Assembly (NCBI GenBank): GCA_963675595.2
Contig: CAXXLZ010000002.1
Location: 3,904,001-3,968,000, forward strand
Length of the DNA stretch: 64,000 nucleotides
Direction: 5' to 3'
DNA from: Thermodesulfobacteriota bacterium
Lineage (GTDB): Bacteria; Desulfobacterota; Desulfarculia; JACQYL01
A program made the translations under genes and the position numbers. Numbering within the stretch: the first letter of the stretch is position 1; every line of letters begins with the position of its first letter. The notes below the pieces were generated by a model. The model had not been told where the DNA came from. It saw nothing but the letters and a program-made list of their open reading frames with translations, and searched no databases. Below, piece by piece: positions 40,735-50,271 of this stretch.

Positions 40735-42036
40735 TTGGAAGTGATTACTACGCACACGAGCACGGATTTTGATGCCCTGGCTTCGCTGGTCGCAGCTTCG
40801 ATCATCTACCCCGAAGCCGTTGTGGTGTTGCCCAGGAGCCTGAATCCCAACGTTAAAGCGTTCTTGTCCATTCACAAAGACCTTTTCGATCTGGAAACCG
40901 TTCTTGACATCGACCTGGATTGGGTCACCAAGCTGATTGTGGTGGATACCAACCGTTGGGGTCGTTTGGATAAGATGGACGCCCTGGCGTCCAAGGAAGG
41001 ACTGGTGGTTCACCTTTGGGATCATCATCCCGAAATCGGCGATATTGTGCCTCACTGGTCCTGCCAGGAACTCACCGGCGCGGCGACGACCCTCCTGGTG
41101 CAGCAGCTGGAGGAGGAAAAGAAGGAGCTGCTGTCTCCCATTTTTGCGACGCTCTTCCTGGCGGGGATCTACGAGGACACGGGAAACCTATCCTTTCCCT
41201 CCACCACGGCGGAGGACGCCCGCGCGGCCGCTTACCTGTTGGATCAGCAAGCGGACCTCAACGTGCTCAACAGCTTCCTGCGCCCAACCTACGGACCCAA
41301 ACAGAAAGACATCCTTTTCGAGATGCTCAGGAGCGGCAACCGGACGGTCATTGATGAGCAGCGTATCGGGCTTTCAATGGTGGAAGTAAATGGGCATACG
41401 CCCGGCCTTTCCCTGGTGGTCCAGATGTATCGGGACATCGTCAACGTGGACGCGGCCTTCGGAATCTTCGTTGACCCGAAAAAAGATTCCTGCATGATCA
41501 TCGCACGCAGCGCATCCGACGCCATCAACGTGGCGACCGTGCTCCGAGGTTTGGGAGGCGGGGGGCATCCCGCCGCCGCCTCGGCGTTTCTGAAATCGGC
41601 CAATCCGGAGGCGGTCCAAGACACGATCCTCGGACTCGTCAGAGGAAACCAGCAGTCCTCGATCCAGATCAGCGACCTCATGTCCTTCCCCGTGGTGACC
41701 GTCCCCCCCGATATGACGATGACGGACGTGGCCCAGCTGCTCAACGACACCGGGCATTCCGGCGTGCTCGTGGTCGAAGAGGGGCGACTTGCGGGAGTCA
41801 TTTCCAAGAGGGATTTCAACAGGATCAAAAAGAAGTCCGGATGGAGGTCCCCCGTCAAGGCTTTTATGTCCAGAGACGTGCTTACCATCGATCCGGCGGT
41901 GAGCCCCATCAAGGCGGCGCGGATCATGCTCAAGCACGACATCGGGAGGTTGCCCGTGATGGAGGACGGTCATATCATCGGAATTCTTACCCGATCGGAC
42001 CTGATGATCTTCTTTTACGACCTCTTGCCCGATTGA
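40735..42036 (+). CDS. DHH/DHHA1 phosphoesterase with a C-terminal CBS pair
   Basis: THTSTDFDA, VVDT, WDHH, EDTG, GGGGHPAAAS; two CBS domains; TTG start. Confidence 0.88.
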   Translation: MEVITTHTSTDFDALASLVAASIIYPEAVVVLPRSLNPNVKAFLSIHKDLFDLETVLDIDLDWVTKLIVVDTNRWGRLDKMDALASKEGLVVHLWDHHPEIGDIVPHWSCQELTGAATTLLVQQLEEEKKELLSPIFATLFLAGIYEDTGNLSFPSTTAEDARAAAYLLDQQADLNVLNSFLRPTYGPKQKDILFEMLRSGNRTVIDEQRIGLSMVEVNGHTPGLSLVVQMYRDIVNVDAAFGIFVDPKKDSCMIIARSASDAINVATVLRGLGGGGHPAAASAFLKSANPEAVQDTILGLVRGNQQSSIQISDLMSFPVVTVPPDMTMTDVAQLLNDTGHSGVLVVEEGRLAGVISKRDFNRIKKKSGWRSPVKAFMSRDVLTIDPAVSPIKAARIMLKHDIGRLPVMEDGHIIGILTRSDLMIFFYDLLPD

Positions 42037-42112
42037 GCCCCGTACGCGGAACCATTCAGGGGGCGCAACCGTTCGGAAAGAGGGGTCCCCATGATGTTCT
42101 TTCCAAGCGCCT

Positions 42113-43642
42113 ATGAACGAACACATGAATAAAGGAAAAATCCGATCCGGCCCCAGCAGGGTGGTGCTGATTCACCCTCGTGGTTTCGGCTATGTCAAAG
42201 GTAAGCCGGACGTCACTCATTTGGCCAACCGCATGCCTCCTTTGGGCTTGCTGAGTATCGCCGCGTACCTGCGTGCCCAGGGCGTCGCCGTCTCTGTGGT
42301 GGATTTGTGTGCGCGGCCGGAGCCCATGGAGAGTCTCCTGCGAAGGCTGGAAACCATGCGTCCGGATTACGTGGGGTTCAGCTGCACCACGGCGAGTTTC
42401 CTGGATGGAACGGTTGTCGCCGAGGCCGTCAAAGACCGTTTGCCCGGCGTAGGGATTGTATTCGGCGGTGTCCATGTGTCGGCGCTAAGAGATGGAATAC
42501 TGGATTCTTTTCCCATTGTCGACTTCGTGGTCGCCGGTGAAGGGGAACAAACCATGCTCGAGCTGGTCCGTGGAGAGGACCCGCGGCATATTCGAGGTTT
42601 GACCCACCGCGACAAAGGGACGAACGGGGAATCGGAGGAAAAGCGGCGTCCTCTGGACCCGGATGCGCTGCCCTTTCCGGCATATGATCTTCTGGAAGGT
42701 TTCCCGAAAGACTACCTGCTTCCCATCTTCAACTATCCTCGCTTCCCCGGAGCCACCCTGGTGACGAGCCGGGGCTGCCCCTACCAGTGCACCTACTGCG
42801 ACAGGTCGGTTTACGGCAGGTCTTATCGGTACAACTCGCCTGCATACGTTTACGAACACATGCGCATGCTCCGCAGGCGGTTCGGGGTTCGGCACATCAA
42901 TATTTACGACGATCAATTCACCTTTCATCGCGGCAGAGTCGGAGAGTTTTGCGAGCAGATGGCCCGGCGTCCCTTAGGAGTGACGTTCAATTGCGCCGTT
43001 CACGCCGGTCATGTGGATCCGGAACTCCTGCGTCTTTTGAAAAAGGCCGGCTGCTGGATGGTCAGTCTGGGCATCGAGTCCGGGGATGCCGAGCTGGTGG
43101 CACGCCATAAGCGGAACACGGACCTATCCAAAATTTACCAAACCGTCGGAATGATCAAAAGTGCGGGCCTGCGGGTCAAGGGACTTTTCATGATGGGATT
43201 GCCGGGGGAGACCGAAGAAAGCATCCGGCGCACCATCCGTTTCATCCTCTCTCTCGACCTCGACGATATGAATATGTCCAAGTTCACACCTTTCCCCGGT
43301 GCTCCCATCTACCGAGATATCCGGGAATACGGGAGTTTCGAGGAGGACTGGAACCTGCTCAATTGCCTGAATTTTACGTTCGTGCCTAAGGGGATTCGGT
43401 CAAAAGAACGCCTGGATGAGCTCTATAGTCTGTTCCTCAAGAGTTGGTACCAGCGGCCCGCCGTTCGCAGCAAGTATGTGCGGATGTTTTGGCAGTCGCC
43501 CCATTCCTGGTGGGTTCTCCTGAGACATCTTCCCGCATTCCTACGTGCTCGAAACGACTGGAACGCCGGGTCCGGGGAGAGAATTCGCATCCGGCCGCCA
43601 CGATCTTCGACATTCCGTAAAGATATGGTAAATCCTTTGTGA
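42113..43642 (+). CDS. B12-binding-domain radical SAM enzyme (class B methyltransferase-like)
   Basis: PPLGLLSIAAYL, FGGVH, GEGE, SRGCPYQCTYC, GIESG, GLPGET, TPFPG. Start uncertain (42113 or 42125). Confidence 0.9.
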   Translation: MNEHMNKGKIRSGPSRVVLIHPRGFGYVKGKPDVTHLANRMPPLGLLSIAAYLRAQGVAVSVVDLCARPEPMESLLRRLETMRPDYVGFSCTTASFLDGTVVAEAVKDRLPGVGIVFGGVHVSALRDGILDSFPIVDFVVAGEGEQTMLELVRGEDPRHIRGLTHRDKGTNGESEEKRRPLDPDALPFPAYDLLEGFPKDYLLPIFNYPRFPGATLVTSRGCPYQCTYCDRSVYGRSYRYNSPAYVYEHMRMLRRRFGVRHINIYDDQFTFHRGRVGEFCEQMARRPLGVTFNCAVHAGHVDPELLRLLKKAGCWMVSLGIESGDAELVARHKRNTDLSKIYQTVGMIKSAGLRVKGLFMMGLPGETEESIRRTIRFILSLDLDDMNMSKFTPFPGAPIYRDIREYGSFEEDWNLLNCLNFTFVPKGIRSKERLDELYSLFLKSWYQRPAVRSKYVRMFWQSPHSWWVLLRHLPAFLRARNDWNAGSGERIRIRPPRSSTFRKDMVNPL

Positions 43643-43784
43643 ACTCTTCTCGGTAAGCCCTCCGACCGTTTGGAATCTTTCGAACCGCTCTGTTAGAATC
43701 ACGAAGAACTCACCGGCGCCGCACGAATGCTCCAAAGTCCGTTCGACCCGAGAAACCTCTATCTCTTACCTCAAGGAAAATTTC

Positions 43785-46700
43785 ATGACGGACATCGCTC
43801 GTCCACAAACTCCCTATTATGACGCATCTACCCGCCATACAGTGCGGATTCTCTCGCCTGATTCCACCGAAAGCCGTGTGGAATTGGTGCGGATGGCCGG
43901 AGCTGCCGTGCCCGTTTATGTTCAGCCGGAAACGCCGCTTTGGTTCGTACCGAGCCCCTCTTTGGATCGGATGCTTCTGGACGGCTCGGACCGCCCGCCG
44001 CGGGGAGCGGAGACTCCGGACCGGGTTCTGGACCGATGGGACCTGGAGCGCATATTGACGTCCTGTCGTCGGGAACCCTACTCCGGACCTCGAGTGATGG
44101 AACTGAAGAAGCTGCGTGAGCTTTGGCTGCACGTGACCAATGCCTGCAACCTTCGTTGCGCGCATTGTCTTTTTTCCTGCGGCCCCGGTCCCGCCCCATC
44201 TCTTCCTCTCGCGCGCATGTCCTCCCTCGTTGAAGAAGCTTACGGGCTGGGTTGCAGGCTGGTGCTGTTTACCGGGGGAGAGCCCCTTTTGGTTGAAGGC
44301 CTGTCGGATTTGTTGGCAACGTCGCAGGCGCGTCCGGATCTCACCTTGGCGGTGCTCACCAACGGTCTTCTGATTCCCTCTTTGTTCCGGAAGATGCGAT
44401 TTCCGGATCCTGAACGGTTGCACTTCCAGGTGAGCCTGGATGGTTCTCGAGACTTTCATGAAGGTCTCAGGGGGAAAGGTTCCTATGATGGGGCGATTCG
44501 GGGCCTGAATCTGCTGATGGAACAGGGATTTCCCTGCAGTATCGCCATGACCGTGACATCGGACAACGTCGGTTCCATGGCTGAGGTGGTGCGCACGTCA
44601 CACGCAATCGGCGTTCGGGCGGTTCACTATCTGTGGTGTTTCCGTCGTGGCAAAGCGGAGGGCCTTGATTTTCCATCCATGGAGTCCTTGATTCGGAACT
44701 TGAGCTTGGCCGAGTCCGAAGCCCGGCGGCTCGGAGTGGTGATCGACAACATCGAGGCGATGCGCAGCCAGGTTTTCTCTCCGCCCGGCACCAGGTTCGA
44801 TTTGGGCAATGCCGGCTGGGAATCCCTTGCCGTCGGGCCGGACGGCTTTGTCTATCCCACCCCCGCCCTTGTGGGGAGAGAAGCCTTGCGAGCCGGATCG
44901 ATCGATGTCGGTCTCGAACGGATATGGAGACACAGCGAATTATTCGAACGAATCCGTCGCTTCTCTCTGTTCGATATTCCTGAAATGGCGGAGGACCCCT
45001 GGCGGTTGATCACCGGTGGAGGGGACTTGGACCACTGCCTTTCACTTGCCGCACAACCGGCCGGTTCCGAATTCAACCCGGGCCCCGATCCCTATGCCCC
45101 CCTGTATCGGGCCATGGCCCGGATGGTGATCGAAGAAGAAACGGCAGGTCTTCCCGCGCCCCCGTCGTCGGGATTGATACTTAAAATGGGCGATGTCATG
45201 CCGGAATGCCCGCCGGAGCGGGAATTGAATTTCACCCACTGCAACTGCCTGCTTTCCGTCGGAGGAAGCACCACTCACCTGGTTCGAGAATTCTATTCCG
45301 AACGCGCGGCAACCACGGACGCCTCCATCCGGAATCCGGTGCACTATTCCGATGAGGAGGCCGGATTTATTCCGGAAGAAGCTCGTTTGCGGGCCTACGG
45401 ATGCGGCAGCCCCGTGGGGGAGGCCGCCCTCGTGGAGGGCGAGACGGTGGTTGATTTGGGGTCCGGCGCAGGCGCCGAATGCTTTGTAGCCGCACGTGCC
45501 GTGGGACCCAGGGGAAGAGTGATCGGTGTGGACATGACAGCGGAGATGCTGGCCCTTGCGCGACAGACGTCGGTGAAGGTAGCCGAACGTCTGGGCTATT
45601 CGAACGTGGAATTCGTCGAGGGCTTCCTTGAGGATATTCCACTCGAATCGCGAAGTGCCGACGTGGTCGTCTCCAACTGCGTGGTCAACCTGAGCCGGAA
45701 CAAACGACGAGTGTTTCAAGAAATCTTTCGGATATTGAAGCCGGGGGGGAGAATCGTCATCTCCGATGTGGCCACCGAAACGGAGCCACCCTTGGAGGTC
45801 CGGTCGGATCACCGACTCATCGGTGAATGCATCGGCGGGGCTCAGGTTCAGGACTACCTGTTCGGCATGCTGCGGGATACGGGATTCCAAGGAGCAAGGG
45901 CGCTGAAGCGGTTCCCGTATCGTTCCGTGGGAGGCCACGATTTTCATTCTCTGACCTTTGCCGCGTCCAAACCGCCGGCGGCGTCTTCGGCGCCGATGGA
46001 CGTGGTTTACGCCGGTCCGTTTCGGGCCGTTGTCCTGGACGACGGCACCGTGCTGAACCGGGGAGTCCGCCGGACGCTGCGGGCGGCGTGGCAGGGTTCC
46101 CCGGAGGACGCGGCTCGGGCCGGGATATTCTTTCTTGATCAGGATACGGGAGCGATCACCAATGTGGACGCGGTGTGCGACTGCAACTGCGGTTTGCCTC
46201 CGGAACCGGCCGTGGAGGAGGAGACGTCGGACAGGCCCGCCACAGGCTGCCTCGAATGCGGCGCCCCGCTGGTCTATCAATCCGTGCCGGAAGATCGGGT
46301 ATGCATCCGTTGCGGCAGGGTCGCTCCCTCCGACGCGATCTGCGAGAACGGTCATTTCATCTGTGATTTCTGTCACGCCAAGGATCCCTCCGAAGTCATC
46401 GAGCGGGTGTGTCTGCTCAGCATGGAAACCGACATGCTCCGGCTGTTTGAAGAGGTCAGATCACATCGATGTTTTCCCATGCACGGACCGGAACACCATG
46501 GGCTTGTCCCGGGGGTGATTTTGTCGGCGTTTCGTAACTCGGGAGGCGATCTCACCCGGGAAGCGATCGTCGCGGGCATTCGACGCGGCGCCATGGTTCC
46601 GGGAGGCGCCTGCGCTTTCATGGGGACCTGCGGAGCCGCCACAGGTGTCGGGGTTGCGTTTTCCATGATTCTGGAGGCCACTCCCCTGACTCCGTCGAAG

Positions 46701-46976
46701 CGGCGGGATATCCAATCCCTGGTGGCGGACGTCATCAAAGCGATTGCCGAGCGCAAAGCGGCACGCTGCTGTCGGCGCGAAAGCTATATCGCCTTGAGGA
46801 TTGCGGCGGCTCGATCCAAGGAACTGCTGTCCGTCACACTCAAGGCGGAAGACGACTTCTCGTGTTCTCAGTACGCCGCCAACAGGGAATGTATCGGATC
46901 CGCCTGTCCGGTGTTTCCCAAAAGAGAAGATGTCTCGTTGAGTCCGATCAAAATCGTGAGGGCGGCGAAAGGCTGA
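43785..46976 (+). CDS. Radical SAM + ArsM-like SAM methyltransferase + Zn-ribbon + DUF5714-like Cys-rich fusion protein
   Basis: CNLRCAHC, TGGEP; YGCGSP, DLGSGAG, SNCVVNL, ECIGGA; CLECG/CIRCG/CENGHFICDFCH; HGPEHH, GACAFMGTCGA, RCCRR. Confidence 0.85.
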   Translation: MTDIARPQTPYYDASTRHTVRILSPDSTESRVELVRMAGAAVPVYVQPETPLWFVPSPSLDRMLLDGSDRPPRGAETPDRVLDRWDLERILTSCRREPYSGPRVMELKKLRELWLHVTNACNLRCAHCLFSCGPGPAPSLPLARMSSLVEEAYGLGCRLVLFTGGEPLLVEGLSDLLATSQARPDLTLAVLTNGLLIPSLFRKMRFPDPERLHFQVSLDGSRDFHEGLRGKGSYDGAIRGLNLLMEQGFPCSIAMTVTSDNVGSMAEVVRTSHAIGVRAVHYLWCFRRGKAEGLDFPSMESLIRNLSLAESEARRLGVVIDNIEAMRSQVFSPPGTRFDLGNAGWESLAVGPDGFVYPTPALVGREALRAGSIDVGLERIWRHSELFERIRRFSLFDIPEMAEDPWRLITGGGDLDHCLSLAAQPAGSEFNPGPDPYAPLYRAMARMVIEEETAGLPAPPSSGLILKMGDVMPECPPERELNFTHCNCLLSVGGSTTHLVREFYSERAATTDASIRNPVHYSDEEAGFIPEEARLRAYGCGSPVGEAALVEGETVVDLGSGAGAECFVAARAVGPRGRVIGVDMTAEMLALARQTSVKVAERLGYSNVEFVEGFLEDIPLESRSADVVVSNCVVNLSRNKRRVFQEIFRILKPGGRIVISDVATETEPPLEVRSDHRLIGECIGGAQVQDYLFGMLRDTGFQGARALKRFPYRSVGGHDFHSLTFAASKPPAASSAPMDVVYAGPFRAVVLDDGTVLNRGVRRTLRAAWQGSPEDAARAGIFFLDQDTGAITNVDAVCDCNCGLPPEPAVEEETSDRPATGCLECGAPLVYQSVPEDRVCIRCGRVAPSDAICENGHFICDFCHAKDPSEVIERVCLLSMETDMLRLFEEVRSHRCFPMHGPEHHGLVPGVILSAFRNSGGDLTREAIVAGIRRGAMVPGGACAFMGTCGAATGVGVAFSMILEATPLTPSKRRDIQSLVADVIKAIAERKAARCCRRESYIALRIAAARSKELLSVTLKAEDDFSCSQYAANRECIGSACPVFPKREDVSLSPIKIVRAAKG

Positions 46977-47121
46977 CGAATAACCGGCTCACGGCGTTCG
47001 GAACGATCCCGCCCACGGCACGGCGGCCAGCGGCTCGATGTTGGACGTCCGAGAAGACCGTATCACAAGGGGTGACCGTGCCTCTGCAAATCGGCGCCGG
47101 CGCATGAACGACTTTGTTCAA

Positions 47122-47149
47122 ATAAGTCGGCTTCCATAAGCCGACCTAT
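47122..47149. terminator. Inverted repeat downstream of the fusion gene
   Basis: ATAAGTCGGCTT-CCAT-AAGCCGACCTAT; no clear U-tract. Confidence 0.35.
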
Positions 47150-47190
47150 CCGACCTCCGACTGAACAAGGAAGGGGAGAAGGGGCGGGCC

Positions 47191-47205
47191 GACCTTGACA
47201 AGGTC
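47191..47205 (+). promoter_or_regulatory. Palindromic operator overlapping a TTGACA -35 box upstream of mop
   Basis: GACCTTG-A-CAAGGTC perfect palindrome containing TTGACA. Confidence 0.45.
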
Positions 47206-47298
47206 CGGTTCGTGATTAGCGAACCTTAGAAGCATCAATAACAAAAGGTCTACAAGACCGTATCCTCAACTTTCGACCGCAGTTTCGGGAGGTGTGAA

Positions 47299-47508
47299 TT
47301 GAACCTGAGCGCCAGGAATGTATTCAAAGGAAAAGTCGTCGATGTAAAAGAAGGCACGATCATGGCGAAGGTGAAAGTGGACATCGGCAGCGGCAACATC
47401 ATCACTTCCCTCATCAGTTCGGAGGCTGTCAACCAACTCGGAGTCAAGGTGGGGGAAGAAGTTTCCGTGCTGGTCAAGGCCACAAGCGTCATGGTTGCAA
47501 AGGGCTAG
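47299..47508 (+). CDS. mop: Mop/TOBE molybdate-tungstate-binding protein (molbindin)
   Basis: LSARNVFKGKV...ITSLIS...VKATSVM; TTG start with GGAGGT RBS. Confidence 0.9.
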   Translation: MNLSARNVFKGKVVDVKEGTIMAKVKVDIGSGNIITSLISSEAVNQLGVKVGEEVSVLVKATSVMVAKG

Positions 47509-48125
47509 GTCGTCGCCTATCCGAGCCTGCGCCGGCAACGACCGACCGACGCGCATAATCGGTTTGTGCCGATGGGCGTTCATGAGCGCAGGCCTTTCAA
47601 ATCGAAATGAGGCAAGGATTGCCTCAGGCAATGAAAAGGCCGTATCCAAGTCGATCATTCTTCCGTAATGCCCCGGGCCCAATGTGCCGGAAGATCGTTG
47701 ATCTTTTCGGAAGGCATGTCGACTCGTTCATACGAACCTCCCGGGGAGACTCCCTCTTGCCGGTTATCCCAAACTTTCCGGTCTCCCAAACGCCTACCAC
47801 CTATCCTCCGGTCGATGCATGCCGGAGCCCATCGTTCCCTACCCGATTTTTGCTGAATGTCCTTGTCTGAAGACCTCCGGCTGTTTCGCGTGAGTGTCCG
47901 GATGTCGCTTGATTCAAGGATTGAAAGGCAGTAAGCGTATTCTTATTTCAAACACGACTCAGACCTGTCTTCGCGTTTCTCACGTCGATTCGGCATGCGG
48001 ATACGGCGTCTCGATCCGTCCCGATGCGATTGCGCTATGAATTGATCGACAACCCCCTCCGGGCCCCACGGCCGCCGTGTCCGGGAAGTCGTCTGAAACG
48101 CGGCGTCGGTTGGGAGGTTGTATCG

Positions 48126-48890
48126 ATGAGGTTAATCGAGAATCTTTATCGTCATTTTCATGAAAAGGCTCGGCATACCAGAGTATCACATGTTTCCGTA
48201 GGCCTAAGATATACGGCCGTATTGACCGACGACGGCGGTATGGGACTCGCCTATACCAATTTGAGCTCTTCCGGCTGCTGTGCGACCAAAGGAGCTTACC
48301 GAGACTACGAAGAACGGCCCGCCGTCGAGTTGTTGGAGCAAATCAAGGATTCCTCACCTTTGCATCGCAGTATGGGGCTGGCACTCGTCAATGCCATGAA
48401 CTACCGGCAGGCCTGTGAACTCCGGGAGGACTCGGGCGACGGCTATTGGATGGATGCGTTCGGTGTCGGGAAAGAAACGCGGGTTGCCATGGTGGGGTTT
48501 TTTCGTCCCCTCATGAAGTTGTTCAAGGAGCGCGGCGCTCTGGTGGAAGTATTGGACGATCAGCAGGGAGTCGGCGATCGGGTTTCCTTCTATGGGAAGC
48601 TGGACGGGTGGGCGGATGTGTTGTTGCTTACCTCGACTTCCATTTTGAACGCGAGCACCGAGGAAGTGCTCGGTCGTCTCGGTCCGGAGGTAAAGGTCGT
48701 CATGCTGGGGCCGAGCACTCCTTTGATCCCCGAAGCTTTCTCTCATCTTCCCGTTCACGTGCTGGCGGGAACCGTTCCCATCGACAAGAACGGCGTGTTG
48801 AAAGCAGTCCGGCATGGAGAAGGAACGCCCGTGATCCATCGATTCAGTCGGAAGGCTTATACCGTTTTGCCGGGGCGAGAGTTTCATTGA
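48126..48890 (+). CDS. DUF364/DUF4213 Rossmann-like (putative metal/pterin-binding) protein
   Basis: GLRYTAV, GLALVNA, VAMVGFF, TSTSILN, LGPSTP, LAGT; GGAGG RBS. Confidence 0.8.
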   Translation: MRLIENLYRHFHEKARHTRVSHVSVGLRYTAVLTDDGGMGLAYTNLSSSGCCATKGAYRDYEERPAVELLEQIKDSSPLHRSMGLALVNAMNYRQACELREDSGDGYWMDAFGVGKETRVAMVGFFRPLMKLFKERGALVEVLDDQQGVGDRVSFYGKLDGWADVLLLTSTSILNASTEEVLGRLGPEVKVVMLGPSTPLIPEAFSHLPVHVLAGTVPIDKNGVLKAVRHGEGTPVIHRFSRKAYTVLPGREFH

Positions 48891-49308
48891 GCCTTCGCCA
48901 AAGTGACCGGCCCACCGTCGATGGGAATAATTTCCTTTGGATGGTTATCGGTGCCGGCTTCCCGAAGGATTCTCCTTCAGGCTCCCGGGGCCTGAGAGCG
49001 GGCGGTACGGTACGGCCGGACGGCAGATCCGTGGGGAAGGCTGCGAGAACGAGGGATGCCGTGAGTTCTCGATGCCGGGGCGACTCGAGCGGATGGGCGT
49101 TGCAGGGCGTCCGAACGGCAGGTGGGTTTATGAAGCATTTAACGGAAATGCCGTGTTGTCGCCCTCTTGGGGCCTGATTTCATGGCACCGGGCTCGGGCT
49201 GTTCCGTCGGGGAGCGACCGGTTTTTTCGTTGCGTTCTCCCATGGTCTGCCTTATCATTTTTGTAGTGGTGTTGGTTTTTTCATCCGGACTCGAAAGGAA
49301 GCCCAGAT

Positions 49309-49917
49309 ATGTTTAGAAGAGTTTCGTTTCTCATTGTTCTTGTTGTTTTTGCCCTGTCGATGGGAGTGGTGTGGACGATGCCGGCGTATGCCGACGACAT
49401 CTCCGACGCCATTGAAGAAGGCTTGGCGCTCTACAAGAAGGGCGAGTTCTCCGAGGCGGTTCAGAATCTGGATTACGCGTCTCAGTTGATTCGCCAGAAG
49501 AAGAGCGACAAGTTAAAGACCTTGCTTCCCGAGGCCCCGGAAGGATGGACTGCGGAGGAGTCGTCGTCCGAAGCCATGACCGGCGCCATGTTTGGAGGAG
49601 CTGTCGCGGCCAGGCGGACCTACATCAAGGACTCGAGCCGGATGAATATCGAGATCATCACCGATTCTCCCATGTTACAGGGCATGATGATGATGTTTAA
49701 CAATCCTATGTTCGCGACGTCCGATGGGGGAAGACTCACCAAGATCGCGGGTCGGAAGGCCATTATGAAATACTCCGATTCCGGCCGCGAAGGGGATATC
49801 CGGATAGTGGTGGCGGACCGTTTCCTGGTCAATGTCTCGGGAACCGACGTGTCCAAGGAAGAACTCACGAATTTTGCGGAGAAGATCAACTACGAGGAAA
49901 TGGCCAAGCTGCCCTAA
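49309..49917 (+). CDS. Exported hypothetical protein
   Basis: Signal peptide ending PAYA-DD; helical N-domain, then LLPEAPEGW beta domain; typical codon usage. Confidence 0.75.
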   Translation: MFRRVSFLIVLVVFALSMGVVWTMPAYADDISDAIEEGLALYKKGEFSEAVQNLDYASQLIRQKKSDKLKTLLPEAPEGWTAEESSSEAMTGAMFGGAVAARRTYIKDSSRMNIEIITDSPMLQGMMMMFNNPMFATSDGGRLTKIAGRKAIMKYSDSGREGDIRIVVADRFLVNVSGTDVSKEELTNFAEKINYEEMAKLP

Positions 49918-49962
49918 GGAGTTTGTCAGGGAAACCGGCATAGGATGGAAGAGGGCTGCGCC

Positions 49963-50271
49963 ATGGAAGAAGACAGGAACGACCGGAATTCGGAAGGCAA
50001 GAGGGTAAAAGTATACTGTGCCAATGCCCGATGTCTGACGGAAGAAGAGGTTCAGGCCCTGCCCGAGGACAAACGAAAGCAGATGGAGGAATCGGGCGGA
50101 AAAGGTCTCTGGATGGAATTCTTCTGTCCGGACGAAAGTTGTCTTAGGGAAGAAGAAAGAATCGATCTTCCCGTGAGAATGGTCGCGGATGAGAAGAAAA
50201 AGGGAATGTGGTTGAATTTGTTCTGCCCGGAAGACCGATGTGTCATCGATGACGAAACCGACCTTCCCTGA
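49963..50271 (+). CDS. Small acidic protein with three C-x4-C repeats
   Basis: VYCANARCL, FFCPDESCL, LFCPEDRCV; GAGG RBS. Confidence 0.7.
   Translation: MEEDRNDRNSEGKRVKVYCANARCLTEEEVQALPEDKRKQMEESGGKGLWMEFFCPDESCLREEERIDLPVRMVADEKKKGMWLNLFCPEDRCVIDDETDLP

Noticed and set aside
47509-48125. Moco/Wco or cobalamin riboswitch in the long spacer between mop and DUF364
   Set aside because: The context is suggestive but I could not identify the conserved motifs; needs an Infernal/Rfam search.
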